64,000 nucleotides of DNA from Eledone cirrhosa (Eukaryota): NCBI GenBank assembly GCA_964016885.1, contig OZ024740.1:403930001-403994000 (forward strand), written 5' to 3'. Position 1 is the first letter of the stretch. Each line of letters opens with the position of its first letter. Shown in pieces: positions 1 through 13,994 of the stretch. Made by a program: the position numbers and the translations under genes. The notes beneath the pieces were generated by a model. That model worked only from the letters and a program-made list of their open reading frames with translations, did not search any database and had not been told where the DNA came from.

Positions 1-133
1 AAAACAAATAAATAAATATAAGAATGTACCAACACAGCACTCACCGAAAGTTAGCTCACAAAACAACAGAAGCTATATTGGTCAAATCTCAATTTGACGA
101 TGTAAATTGGAAATATTGGGTTAACCAACGCCC

Positions 134-250
<117 letters not shown>

Positions 251-1199
251 GCAAGTAAGTTCAGTTCAGTGTTCTGCTATACGTGTATAGATTGAATTGT
301 AACATCCATATCTTCAAGTGCATGTTATGGTATATACACATCCGAATCGTCCAAAAAAGGGTATGTCCGGGTATATACACATCCATGTGAAATGCAAGCA
401 ATCAGCTCATATCGAACTCAGTATGTACCGCTGTCCCATTGAGAATCCGAGTCACCAAATCCGTGCGTACAAGCAACCGCAATGTAGGCCAGCAAAAGGC
501 TCCGTGTAGGGTTGGGTATTGGGTAAATGCGTCCGTAAGTGCGATTTTCCGTCATATGGGCCAATGAGCTTTTAAGATAGTTGTTTGAGTGGTGGAGGTG
601 TGTTATCCAACACAGAAGGTGAAGTAAAAAAAAGGCACAGGTTAGTAAAATCCAAAGGATGTGTGTAGGCCCATTAATGGTGTGTCAGTATTATTGTTCA
701 ATCCGTAACAGTGAGTCCTCCATGGATAGATGATCACGGATCAAAACCTAGTGTAATGTTCAGTCGGTAGGAACGTGACAGTCGTAATTGTGGGAGCTCA
801 ATGTCTAAAGGAAACGGGTACTGTGTGTAGAGTTATGTATAGAGAGCGTAATCGGTCCTAACTAAATGTGTAATACGACTAGCTATATCCCAACTGAGAG
901 AACTCAATGGTTAGGGTATCTTAAAGTAAAGGTAGGTACACGTAATTGGTCATGTCCGAGTGTGCAATCAATTACTAACTAGGTATACTAAGTGTGTAAT
1001 CAATCTAACTATTTACTAGCTAGGTATTCTAAAAAAGTGCACTCAGCTGTGAGAACCCCGTGGAAACAGGCCGAGTATCGTTTGTAAGTGCGCAAACAAT
1101 CTTAACCGTCTAACTACCTGAGTGTGTGACTGTCTGTTTATTGAGAGAACTCTATGGCTAAAGTAGAGAGGAAGGAGTTAGTGGTAGGTTACCTTCCAA

Positions 1200-2519
1200 A
1201 AATCCTGCGGGAGGTTTTCGAGGATCTATGTTGGCAGTTGCTGAAGAAATCTGCTCTCCTATTAATTAATAGAGGGCCGCCTCTAATAATATTTAAAAGT
1301 TTCAGCTATACATAAATTGCAAACGCCAGTGCTGCCGTTATAAGGTTGGGCTGAGCAAACTATGGACCAGGATAAGGAGTGCTCTATATTCTGGTGTTTA
1401 AGCTTCCAGACTAATTCAGAAAGTGCTGTGCTATTTTTTTTATCTAATCTATTAAAGGTATGGCGGTGATTATACCATCCATCCTTAAATTCCGTGGCAG
1501 TTGCCCCAACATACCTAAAGGTTCTATCAGGAGTGGAGACCTTACAGTCGTAGACTATGTTTTTGGTAAGGCATTTCCCAGCCATGGGGCAGGTGGCGGT
1601 GCTTCTGCAGTTACATTTTTTGCTATCGACCTGGGTAGTTCCAGATGGACCATGGTACCTTTGGGGTCGGGTCTCAGTTCCCGTCTGCTCTATGGGTATA
1701 TTCCCTGGGGTTGGGGAGACCCGACTCGCCTCACGTGTATGAGTCAGTTCCTCAATAGAGCTGCCATTGTTCCTGCCATGCCTAATTCCCTCATGGGGTG
1801 TCCTAAGTCTAATATAATTCATCTTAGCTATATTCTGAGCTATGTTACTAGTTGTGGAGTAGGACAGCTTGATGGTATTTCTATTGAATATTTTATAATA
1901 TCTGTGCGATCTAGGGAAGCATTTGTCTAAGGCCTTAAAGAAAAACTTAGCTATACTAGTGGTCAGGCCAGTGGAGTAAGGGGGATTATACCACAGGACT
2001 TTTCTGGTCCGATGCCTCTTGTTCTTACTAACTATATTAGAATTACCTCTCTCCCTAGTAGTTACTGGTCTATTGTAACTGGAAATTGCCTGTGGGCCGA
2101 TGGTGTCCTGGGGTGTAACGATTGTGTTCTGAATCGTTCCAAGTCTCCAGGGCGGTGTACCCCCCATGCGGCCATTGGGATTACCCTCGATAGCCGGGGT
2201 TGTATCCACTATGCGTCTGCTACACCTGTCCCTATTCCCCTTACTCGACCCTCGTTCCATACTGCGTTCAACGGTAGTTTTATCGGTTCCACAATTAAGG
2301 TTACCATTAGAGTTTCCGCTGGCGTTACGTTGCACAGACCCCGTGTTAGTACCTGGGTGGTTGTTTCTATTGGTACCAACAGCATTGGGACTAGGTGGCA
2401 ATACAGCATGAAGTCTATATAAATCCTCCCTCGTATCACGCTTGCTGTTAACTAGAGTGTCACTATTTAGGCCTAAGCTATCGCAGGCAATGTTGCTTCT
2501 ACTATTTAATGGACGATGG
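1200..2519 (-). mobile_element. Penelope-like retroelement, 5'-truncated: linker plus GIY-YIG endonuclease region
   Basis: ORF 1283..2605 carries LWYNPPYS...FNRNTIKLSYS, CNC-x5-CP..G.C, NIVY...YVG (GIY-YIG), STALSELVW and CNLCIAE. After a frameshift it continues LINRRADFFSNCQHR to about 1200. No RT motifs. Sequence 250-1200 is probably its 3' non-coding region. Confidence 0.85.
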
Positions 2520-3462
2520 ATGAATATTGATTGTTTGTTCTTGTATCTCATTCTGCTATTTGGCCCGAGAAAATATCTATATGTGTCATAAAGCGGTGCG
2601 CACATATAGATATTTTTTCATATCCAATTGAGTTCTTAGCACGTGGCTTGAATTCTTGTCAGAGTTCAACGACCTGCGCATGTATTGTTTTTGGCGGTAG
2701 CCTCCTTCCTCCCATTTTCGGGACAGTGTGAGATTTTATTTAGAACTGCTGGACTAACAACCTAGCAGTCCCCTCAAGCACTGATGGTGATTATCGCTAG
2801 ATATTGATGTTGATTTGGTTATCAATATTAATATTATTGGGTACCCACTGAAGATTTATAAGAGCCCACTTGAATAAGTATCTGTTGATCTTATACAAGC
2901 TTCTACATAACTTGGTATAATTTCACCCAACTTGTAGAAATCGTATAATGAAACGAGTCGTCTGGGAAATGATATATTTGATATATCTCATATGAAAGAA
3001 TTGTTTCTACTTTAGGCACAAGGCCAGCAATTACCCAGTGCATTACTGGTACTTTATTTTTTCGACCCCGTACGGATGAAAGGCAAGGTCAACCTCGTAA
3101 ACGGACGTAACTATGCAGGAAAGCATGGCGTCGGACCCTCTACCGATACTGCCAATCCACCATCTTCTCATATGAAATAATACAGCCAATTATCCACACA
3201 ATACAATATAGTTAGCACCCCAAACGTTTAATTGGGAATATACTCAGGTATTTCCTAATGTTTGTTGAGTGAGTTGGAATTTGGCCGGAGTATCGCTTTT
3301 AGCTTTCTCCGATTTCGTATTTATATATTTACTCTTGGAGCAACAGATATGAACTTTCCCGATATAAGGTATGATGAATATTGATTGTTTGTTCTTGTAT
3401 CTCATTCTGCTATTTTGCCCGAGAAAATATCTATATGTGTCATAAAAAGGTGCGAACATATA
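2519..3462. repeat. About 90-bp direct repeat pair (about 2519-2609 and 3373-3462)
   Basis: GATGAATATTGATTGTTTGTTCTTGTATCTCATTCTGCTATTT...CATATAG occurs twice with few mismatches; it supplies the ATG of ORFs 1283..2605 and 3244..3459. Confidence 0.85.
3002..3165 (-). mobile_element. tRNA-derived SINE (family A, Nin/Deu-like core), internally deleted, with TSD
   Basis: Head GGTGGATTGGCAGTATCGGTAGAGGG, core GCCTTTCATCC..GGGTCGA, tail GGCCTTGTGCC; flanked by TCTCATATGAAA(G/T)AAT at 2986-3001 and 3166-3181. Confidence 0.9.
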
Positions 3463-3474
3463 GTTATTTATATA

Positions 3475-4374
3475 CAGGGTGTTCGGGATAAATTTGACAG
3501 TTTCATCAGGAAAAAGAAAAAGTGCTTGGTATCTACAAAATTTATTTGATTTAAAAGAAATTCAATGGACAAGGAAATTACACTATTGTCAAAGAGTTTT
3601 ACTCAAAATAACCGCCATTAGCGTCTATTACAGCCTCAATCCGGGCCCAGAACCTGGAGCAAGCTGATTTTACACTTTCCCTGGGAAGGCCCTCAAAAAC
3701 TACTTTAATTCTGTCGATTAACTGGGCTTTTGTAGAACTGGCACGGCGATTGGTGTCTTTCTCTACAGCGCCCCATACATAATAGTCCATCGGGTTAAGA
3801 TCAGGGGAGTTCGGAGGCCAAACATTGGGACTGGTGTAGTCGTAAAACTTGGCTGACAACCATTTTTGACTTTTCCCCGAGGTGTGGCAGGGGGCCGAAT
3901 CCAGCTGCCATACATACGGCCTATTATTGCTACCCTTGTTATCCAGGGCTTCAATTCATGCGACAAAGACCGAATTCCGATGCCAGGGTCCTCCAACACT
4001 TTTTTCTGCAGATTTTCGATGAATTCTGCTGTGCGAGAGCAATCAGATCTTCTGTTATGTTTCTTTCTTCTAGCCACAGCCTCGTAGTCTCCATTGCAAT
4101 TCTCCAGTTCATGCCGGATTGTTTTTACAGTGTTCAGGGAGCATAGAGCAGCGACCATAATCTCCTTATGTTGATGGCCGGCGCGAATCATCATGATACA
4201 AGTTATTCTCTTCCATGATTCAGGTGGCTCCCAGTCATCCATTCTCGTTGTCATCACATATATGAATGAAGGAGGGTTTAAACTTTCAAATAAAGCCTAG
4301 TGGGCATGAATGAATTTAAAACATCTGAAAAAACAACCAAATATTATTCTGTCAAATTTATCCCGAACACCCTG
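3475..4374 (-). mobile_element. Tc1/mariner-superfamily DNA transposon, internally deleted (about 900 bp)
   Basis: Perfect 26-bp TIRs CAGGGTGTTCGGGATAAATTTGACAG (3475-3500, 4349-4374), TA on both sides; N-terminal HTH-like ORF 3763..4257 and C-terminal WPPNSPDLNPMDY ORF 3599..3859; most of the catalytic domain is missing. Confidence 0.95.
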
Positions 4375-5581
4375 TATATATAAGTATGTGTATTCTGAAT
4401 ATCTAGCAATGTACGGCATGTTTTATGAATAAACATTTGAAAGCTATGAATTTTGGAAACCGATTACGTAGCAAAATGGAATTGTTAAGAATACTCATGA
4501 ATACATATGAGACTGTTTGCTTGAAAACGAACCGATTATTAATAATATCATTATAATATTATTATATATATATATATATAATTGAATATAAAAGAGAGAT
4601 AAACACAGATAAAAACATATATGTGTTAAAATCGTAAGGGACCTTGAGCTGTTTAATTGTAAGAGACTATTTTGAGTTTCTACTCAATATATACCTTTGA
4701 TATAGTCGGCTCCTTTAATTTTGTAGAGCTAATTTAAATGTCATGTAAACCTTTGATATATATATGGGGGGGGGGGGTGTACGTAGATTCGCTTAATTAA
4801 ATACTTTATTATGGAAGAAATGAGGAATATCATGCTTAAATTATATATTAGCCATCAGTGCTCCTGCATTTTTGTAATCGATACATAAACAATAATACTA
4901 AAAGTAATCTACAAAAGATGTCTCATCTACTGTCTATTCCTATCGTCTATTTTCAAAAGGTTATATCGCTTTTAATTCCATAATATTTAATTCCCGTAAA
5001 AAAAAAAAAAAAATTGAAAAACAAAATAATTTGAAGCAAAATGTCAAGAACGACACCGTCCTAATTTGTCACTTACTCATCTGACCAATTGCTTCAAGCA
5101 TAGTATTTCGGTTGCTGACATTTAGCTCTCTGAATATGATAGTACAATAATTGGTACGTTTGACCGGCTTATATATTTTATGTTTGCAGTTAAAACTACC
5201 TTAATATGAACGAAATCGCTCTAATTTCCGTTGAAGACATGTTAAAGTATATTTACTATTGGGTATATGATAAAATTTCAGTAGAAATATGTTAAAATTC
5301 AACCGAAGAATTTTACTGCTGTTAATAATTGTAACTATTCTGTTTCAACTTTTCCTGCTGTTAAATCAATGGGGAATCAGATCTTAATCTTAATCTCAAC
5401 ACATTAGTCGGATATATTGAGGAAATTAGAATAAACAACAACCCTTGTTTTGATTTCATTTAATAACCTTTTATAAATATACAGCAAATACTCACTTTCA
5501 ACAGACAGAGAATCACTTCTAATGGAAGGTCTTTCTAAATTGCATATCACATAATTCTATTTAGAATACAGTTCAGAAAAT

Positions 5582-5960
5582 AATGGTTTATGATTTAGGT
5601 ACAAGGCCAGCAGAAGGAGAATGGAAAGTCGATCAAATCGACCCAGTGCATTAGTGGTACTTTATTTTATCGACCCTGTAAGGATGAAAGGCAAAGCTAA
5701 CCCCGGCAGGATTTGAACTCAGAACGGAAAGGGCCATAACTCTATGTCACTAACCATATATATATATATATAATTGTTTCTACTTTTGGCACAAGGCCAG
5801 CAATTATTCCAGTACATTGCTGGTACTTTATTTTATCGACCCTGTAAGGATGAAAGACAAAGTTAACCTCGGTGGGATTTGAACTCGGACCATAAGGGGA
5901 TTAACTCTATGCTGCAAGGCATGGTGTCCGATCCTCTACCGATAGTGCCAATCCACCACC
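5582..5960 (-). mobile_element. Two adjacent family A SINE copies
   Basis: Two copies of tail, core and B box (GATTTGAACTC on +) at about 5582-5750 and 5774-5960. Confidence 0.88.
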
Positions 5961-6490
5961 TATATATAATGAAACAAACAAAACGCAGGAGGCAGTTTTT
6001 ACGTTTTACACTCCGGGGAAACGCCTTCTCCATTCTGTCCACTGGGACCGTGGGGCAGCCAGTACGTGGGACCCTATTTGCTCATAATAGATGGGGAGGG
6101 CGAGAGAGATGGAGGCGATGACAGTGGGAGTTCGGCTCTTCTGGGTTCGGATAAGGTGTGCAGCGTCATTTGACCGTAAGGAGGTAGTGATTCATAGATA
6201 TATATATATAGATATATAAGTATCGGTCGAGGGTCGGACCCATTCTTTGCAGCAAAGAGTTACGGCCCTTTATGATCTGATTAAGACCAGAAAGAAGGGG
6301 AGACGTAAAAGAGAATAGATAGTCATTGAGGAGGTCACAAAATGTGAGACGAAAGAACTTTGACGAATTAATTAATATTGAGCAATGAATATAAAGGGAA
6401 AATCATATGGTGCTTGTGTTTCCTTTTGTTGGCAATACTTGCAGCACACGATTTCACATTAAGAATCTTGCAAAACAAATACATACACGC

Positions 6491-6583
<93 letters not shown>

Positions 6584-6615
6584 TGTGTGTGTGTGTGTGT
6601 GGGTGTGTGTGTGTG

Positions 6616-6714
<99 letters not shown>

Positions 6715-6733
6715 CGTGTGTATATATATATAT

Positions 6734-7233
6734 ACAGAAAAAAGAGAACCAATGTTGCGACGAAAGGAATTTATTGGACATATTACAATTGTTTCTCGGG
6801 CGACCAGCTCGAGGCACGATCGATGTGGTGATCAAACCTAACTCTGAAATCGCGCGGTCCTCGGATACGTCTAGATTCTACGAAGCAGATTTTCCTATTG
6901 TTCTTTAACATCGAATTCTTTCGTTTGTTGATTTAGATCCTGTTATTGTCATTCCATGAGTCGTCAAGGATGTCATGTGGAGAAGAAGAAGAACCAAACA
7001 GTGGCCAACCATGAGTGGCTCGAAATACCGGTGACGTGTACAATTCTTGACCACTCATGGAATGACAATAACAGGATCTAAATCAACAAACGAAAGAATT
7101 CGATGTTAAAGGACAATAGGAAAATCTCCTTCATAGAATCTAGACGTATCCGAGGACCGCGCGATTTCAAAGTGAGGTTTGATCACCACATCGATCGTGC
7201 CTCGAGCTGGTCGTCCGAGAAACAATTGTAATA
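6734..7233. repeat. Long inverted repeat (arms about 235 bp); right arm split by the Helitron and resumes at 12926-12971
   Basis: 6734-6970 is the reverse complement of 7045-7233 joined to 12926-12971; loop about 75 nt. Confidence 0.93.
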
Positions 7234-10200
7234 TCTCTATATATATAAAACGGTAGATGGCTGTCTGTGTGTGTGTATGATTTTTATGCATTTCCACATT
7301 TCTCTACCGATTTTGATGATTTCTTTTCCAATGTGCTCCAAATTTACCAGGGCAGGTCAACGCGTGATTACTTTTGCCAAAATGTTCGTGCTTCTATGAA
7401 AAGAAATCGATAAAACTAAATACATGCTGTAACCCTCTCTCTTATACGCTTAATTCCTCTCACTACCCTCAATCTCCTCCGCAACTCTCTTTAAAAGGTT
7501 ACTGCCTCCGTCTCTATTACAGTTTAGAACAACGACAAATCTTCTCTCTCGATAATAGATCATTCACCCTCTTCGTTCGTCATACATCAAATATCAAAAT
7601 TTAAAATGCCGATAACACTAAATACATACTGCTCTCTCAACGTTACATTTTACATCAAATAACAAATATTCAAAAGCAACAGATGAATTTATAAAACAAC
7701 AAACGTAACAATAACGACGCTTCATTTACTTGAATCTCAACAAAGACATTATATTTTATTGTTGTCATTTTTGTAATTTTTCTTTCTTTGTTTTTCTAAA
7801 TATGAGACAAAAAATTAATGAGAAAACTTTTTTAACGATCGTTCGATTTCGATGATTTATTTTCCAGTGTGCTCCTGTTTACGCTCTTTTGTGCTATAAC
7901 TCAGACAGGCTTGGCTTACAGGTTTGACCTATTATTTGACGTGCATTCTTCATAGATCTTACTTAGTACTCACTTTCCACTTACTCACCGTTCAATTGAA
8001 AATGTTGGCTACTCCCCCTTTCACGCTCCATTACCTGTATAAATATTTACGTGTTCGGTCCTGCTACAATATAGTACTCACTTTAAACTAATTCAAAGTT
8101 CATTTGAAAATTTTCGCTACCAAACACATTGTTTGAATCAATGGTCATACCACCCAAAAAAAGACCATGACTTAGTCGGCAAACTAAAGCTGCTTCTGCT
8201 GTAAACGAAGAAGAGCTACAGAGTTGTCCGTAGAAAAATTGACTCGGTTGTCACAAAACGCAACTCGAAATGCAATTACCCGGGCAACCGAGACGGAAAA
8301 AAAGAGGAGCATCCGCCTTTCCGGAAATGCATTTGAAACTGCAGTTGCACGTGCAGCGCAAACTGATGAACAACATTCTCGACGACGAAGCAAAAATGCG
8401 GCCTCCACCTCTGCGGCACGTGACGGTGAGGACGAAGAACACCGTTACAGACGAAGACGAAGAGATGCCGCCTCAACTGCTGCGTCACGTGCTGCCGAGA
8501 ACGATCGGCAGCGTTCCAGACGTCAACGTACGGACGCCGCTTCAACAGCTTCCGTTCGCACATCAGAGACTGCGCAAATTCAATTGCAAAGGCTAAACGC
8601 CAACGCACTCCGCAGGAGAGGTAAACGAGGTACACAGAGGATCAGTTGCACTCAGTGGTCTCATAAGGCTTTCCACTATGACCCAACAGTAAACTATGCA
8701 CTGATGCCAGAAGTTCAGATTGGATCCATGTCTGTCATTTGCCAATATTGTCGGGCAAAAAAATGGCCTGGGGAAACTTCAGGGATGTGCTGCTCTAATG
8801 GCAAAGTGAAACTGCCTCCTCTACATAAACCACCACAACCTTTGAAGTCTCTACTGACTGGTGCCACAGCGAAGTCGGAACACTTCCTTCGATGTTCCAG
8901 GAGATACAACGCTGCCTTCCAAATGACCTCTTTCGGAGCTAACATCATACGCGAGGACGGCTTCATGCCTACCTTTAAAGTTCAAGGACAAATTTACCAC
9001 AGAATCGGTTCGCTACTGCCCACGACAGACGGACAGCCCCAGTTCCTACAGCTATACTTTGTCACTGACTATTTGGACCAAGCGGAACGACAGGCTTTAA
9101 TTTCGCCTGGCACAGACATGAAAATTCTGTTGCATTTCCAGAGAATACTACACGAAAACAACAACTACATTCGCAGTTTTAAATGCGCATTGGAGGCTGC
9201 TCCGTTGCCAAATTTTGCTGTTATAATCGACGCTGACAGGAAACAACCAGGTACCCACGCCAGACGTTTTAACACTCCCACGTGCAATGAAATAGCTGTG
9301 CTTCTTCATGGAAAACAGTACAACAAGCAGGACATCATACTTCAGTGTAGGGACAATAGTCTGCAACGGATCAGCAAGACGCATAGGTCCTACGACGCAT
9401 TCCAATATCCCCTACTTTTCCCATTCGGTGACGACGGATACCACTTTGGAATTCCTTTGTGCAACAACAACAAAACTGTTTCCTCTATGCAATTCTACAC
9501 CTACCGATTCATGGTCCGCGAATGCTGCTTTAACCACCTCCACCGTGCAAGAGTACTCTTCAACCAGCTTGCTGTAGACGCGTGTGCAAAGATGGAATCT
9601 GAAAGGCTGTGCTACATAAGGAACAACCAAGCACGCCTTCGTTCGGACAGCTACATTCACTTACGGGATGGAGTAAGGAATGACGTCGATCCCGAGAACC
9701 TAGGAAAACATTGTATCCTTCCGTCGACCTTCATTGGGAGTCCCCGATACATGAGTGAACACACACAGGATGTTATGACGTACGTGCGTCTCTACGGCAG
9801 ACCGGATCTCTTCATCACTTCAACATGCAACCCTAAGTGGAATGAAATTACCGCGGAATTATTCCCCGGACAAAGGGCGTCAGGCAGACATGATCCTACG
9901 GCACGAGTCTTTCACTTGAAGTTGACAGAACTTATTGAACTCCTAAAATCAGGTAAGGCCTTTGGACCTGTTAGGTGCTACGTATACACCGTCGAGAGGC
10001 CTGCAACACGCTCACCTACTCATTTGGCTGATAACGAAAATCAACGCAAGCAGCATTGACAGCATCATTTCAGCAGAAATACCCGACCCAAAATTGGACA
10101 GAGAACTCCACAACATCGTCACCGCTCACATGGTTCATGGGCCATGCGGAAACGGTTTCAACATGAATTCTCCATGCATTAAAGAAAGAAGGTGCACCAA

Positions 10201-12925
10201 GAGGTATCCTAGGCCATTCCTCCGAGAAACTCGGACAGGTGGCGACGGTCATGCATTATACCGCCGCAGTGAGCCAGAGGACGGAGGAATTGTTTCGAAA
10301 ACACCACATCACAACGTCGACAACCGGTGGATTGTACCCTACTGCCCACTTCTGCTTAAATTGTTTAACGCCCACATTAACGTTGAATACTGCCACTCCG
10401 ACAAATCGATAAAGTACGTCTGCAAGTACATCAATAAGGGGTCCGATGCTGCGTCCTTTGGTCTTACAATGGAGAACAGCCGAGACGAAGTAACTTGATA
10501 CCAGGTCGGCCGATACATCAGCAGCAATGAAGCGTTCTGGCGATTCTTCCACTTTGCAATACACCATAACTACCCCGCAATCAAACAGTTGGCGGTGCGC
10601 CTTGAAAACGGTCAAAGAGTCTACTTCACCGCCTCCATCGCTGCTGAGATCGCAGAGGAACCCAAGGACACCACACTTACGGTATTTTTTAAGTTATGCC
10701 GAAACGATCCCTTCGCCAAGACCATCTTCTACTCTCAGGTGCCATCATACTACACATGGAACACAGACAACAGAATTTGGTTAAGAATGGTGAAAGGACA
10801 ACCCGTCGAGGGACATCCAGACATTAAAATGTCTCCTACTCTTGGGAGAGTGTACACCATCCATCCTAACCAACTGGAATGCTTTTATCTCCGCCTTCTA
10901 CTGCATGACGTGGTAGGACCGACATCTTTCGCGATCTGAAAACAATCAACGGAGAGCTTTGTACTTCATTCCGCGCAGCCTGCCTTAGACGGGGTCTACT
11001 GGAAAATGGCGCTCAGTTGGATGCGACATTGGCGGAGGCAGCTACAATACGCTCAGCGCGAACTCTTCGGTAACTCTTTGCGGTGCTACTGCAGACATGC
11101 GAGTTAAGCGACCCTGCATCCTTATGGGACAAATACAAAGAGGACCTTTCCGATGACTACATACACCAAGGACAACTGCTACTCCCCAATTCCGACGTAC
11201 GACTCAGCGACAAATTCTTCAACAAAGCTCTCATTGACATCGAGGACAAAATCCTAACTGCCGGCGGAAATGACCTTCCATTCTATGGACTACCAAAAGT
11301 TCAGCGAACGGGCTCCGACAAACTTCCGACGGGCATAATTCAGGAAACTGCCTACGACGTCCACGCCCTCGATCTGTTCATCAACGAAAACGAGCCGAAA
11401 TTGTTGCAGGACCAACAGCAGGCGTATGACACAGTTTGCACTTCCATTCGTCAACGCAGAGGAGGTATCTTCTTTTTGGACGCCCCAGGAGGAACTGGTA
11501 AAACATTCGTCAATAAACTCCTCCTCGACAAAGTGCGACAGCAGAAAGGAATCGCCCTGGCTGTGGCTTCTTCTGGCATTGCCGCAACTCTGCTGCCCGG
11601 AGGTAGGACAGCTCATTCCGCATTTAAACTGCCATTCAACACCACTTCAGACGACACAATAACCTGCAACATCACCAAGGACTCTGACAAAGCTGAAGTC
11701 TTGAAAAGATGCCAGCTAATTGTCTGGGACGAATGCACAATGACCCATAAAGGGTCCCTTGAGGCGTTAGACAGAACCCTACGAGACATCAGAGAATGCA
11801 AACGGCCAATGGGAGGAGTACCTCTACTGATGTCTGGCGATTTTCGACAAACTCTTCCAGTTGTTCCAAAAGGCACCAGAGCCGACACTGTGGGGGCTTG
11901 CATTAAGTCATCTCCCCTGTAGCAGGAAGTGACAATCATGACCCTCACAACAAACATGAGAGCCCAACTGCTCGGCGACCACTCAGCAGCCGACTTCTCA
12001 AAGGACCTCTTAACAGTTGATGACGGCACTGCACTTCAGATGCAGCTGGAGAAATGGCAGTCTCGCAAGTAGGCACCATTGTCGACACTGTTGACGACCT
12101 CACAGCCTCTGTCTTTCCTGATATGGCGACCAACTACAAAAACACGAGTTGGCTATGCGATAGAGCCATATTGGCTCCCAAAAATGTCTCAGTTCCAAAA
12201 ATCAATAAGGATCTTCTGCAACGCATTCCTGGAAACCTCCGTACCTACAAATCTGTGGACAAAGATGAGGTTGACGATTTTCCAACAGAATTCCTCAATT
12301 CCTTGGACCTCTCTGGACTGCCACCTCATGAACTGCGCGTCAAAGTTGGGACTCCAGTTAAGGAACCTGGAACCACCACGTCTCTGCAACGGAACACAGT
12401 TAGTGGTAAGAAACCTCCTGCCGCATGTAATTGAAGCCACAATTCTCACGGGCTGCGGCGCTGGAGAAAACGTCTTCATACCCAGAATACCATTAACTCC
12501 ATCAGGTACGGAATGCCCCTGTACTCTGCGCCGACTTCAATTCCCCGTTAAACTTTGCTTCGTGATGTCAATCAACAAGTCCCAAGGCCAAACGCTATCA
12601 ACGGCAGGCCTCCATTTAGCCCAGCCGTGCTTCTCACACGGCCAATTATACGTCGCATGCTCAAGAGTGGGATGCAAGCAGAACTTATTCATACTTGCAT
12701 CCAAAGGCAGAACAAAAAATGTGGTCTACATAGAGGTGTTGTGACTCCTCTATTCAGCACCACTGCAGTATTGCCGGTCTGACATATAGTGAGTAGATGC
12801 TATTGTTGCATATTTTCAAACTTACCCGTATTTACTTTCAATGCCTCAATATTCATAATTGATTGGAATCATTAAAAGTACTTTAAAGCAATTAAACTCC
12901 GAGCAACGCCGGGCACTTCTGCTAG
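7234..12925 (+). mobile_element. Helitron, full-length with disrupted RepHel gene
   Basis: 5' TC after A7233; 3' hairpin-like CCGAGCAACGCCGGG then CTAG (12922-12925) before T12926; no TSD; boundaries match the empty site in the other arm of the inverted repeat. Confidence 0.96.
8141..12744 (+). pseudogene. Helitron RepHel (HUH Rep plus Pif1-family SF1 helicase), frameshifted and with stops
   Basis: Arg-rich N-terminus, C-x2-C...CC zinc motif, PDLFITSTCNPKW, RGLQHAHLLIWL (HUH), KYVCKYINKG; helicase motifs APGGTGKT, IVWDE, GDFRQ, SINKSQGQT, FSHGQLYVACSRV; spread over at least 7 ORFs. Confidence 0.95.
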
Positions 12926-13787
12926 TGTCCAATAAATTCCTTTCGTCGCAACACTGATTCTCTTTTTTCTGTGATGTCATACTCTGATCTTTGAGGGCAT
13001 CGAGTGCTCATACGGCCTACCGCATATGGAGGCTTTAAGCATCTAACACCAATTATATATATATACATATACATATACATACATATATATCTAATGTACG
13101 ATCGCTAATTAGTGCTTTCAACGCGAAAGGGAGGTAAACATCTGATTGCAATGCTGCAGATTGTGCTATGAAGGTTACGTTTGATGTCCTTGATGGCTAC
13201 TAAACTGTAGTTTTTCCTGTACCAATTGGAATTTTTGGTCTCCACTTTCCATCTTAAGTTCATCGGACCATTTGTGGATACATCTTAAATATCAGAATTT
13301 TAAACATTGATCTATTTTCTAGTTGTAAAAAATGGTGGTATTGACTCCTTTCTTTTGCAATTCTAGTAAGGTTGGATTAGTCATGTCGTCAGAAAGAATG
13401 ATAATAGAATTCCACAGGTCTCATGCATAGCTAGCTCTACAATAGAAGGGGAAATCGTAGGAAGATCATGAATGAGGTTTAACCAGAAAGCCAGAAGGAT
13501 TCCCCCAGAAAGATTTGTAAAGCACTGCACTAAGTCGTAATTTAAGGGGTTTAATCTGCCATAAAATCATTATAACCTATGAAATATGCTGTCTGGGTTG
13601 TCTTAAAGAATTTAAAGCAAAGACAAAGTCTCGACAGGTATATCCGTGGACTAGTCTACAAATAATTTACTGGATTAAAGTCACATAAAAGACATAAATA
13701 ACAAAACTAAAAAAAAAAAGATAAACCTAGCTGTTGGACCCGCTTACGTCAGAGAATACGTGATAATCTATCATTATGTATATTTGA

Positions 13788-13975
13788 GGGGCGGTGAATT
13801 GGCAGTATCGGTAGAGGGTCGGACACCATGCTTTGACACATAGAGTTACGCCCCTTGCCATTCTGAGTTCAAATCTTGCCGAGGTTAATTTTGCCTTTCA
13901 TCCTTACGGCGTCGATAAAATAAAGTACCAGTAATGCACTGGCTAATTGCTTGCCTTGTGCCAAAAGTAGAAACA
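13788..13975 (+). mobile_element. Family A SINE, full length with 15-bp TSD
   Basis: A box TGGCAGTATCGG, B box GAGTTCAAATC; TSD ATTATGTATATTTGA at 13773-13787 and 13976-13990. Confidence 0.93.
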
Positions 13976-13994
13976 ATTATGTATATTTGATTCA

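Noticed and set aside
6805-6866. Hammerhead in the 6734-7233 fold-back (GAAA-TCGCGCGG-TC)
   Set aside because: Stem III-like half only; neither arm has a CUGANGA core.
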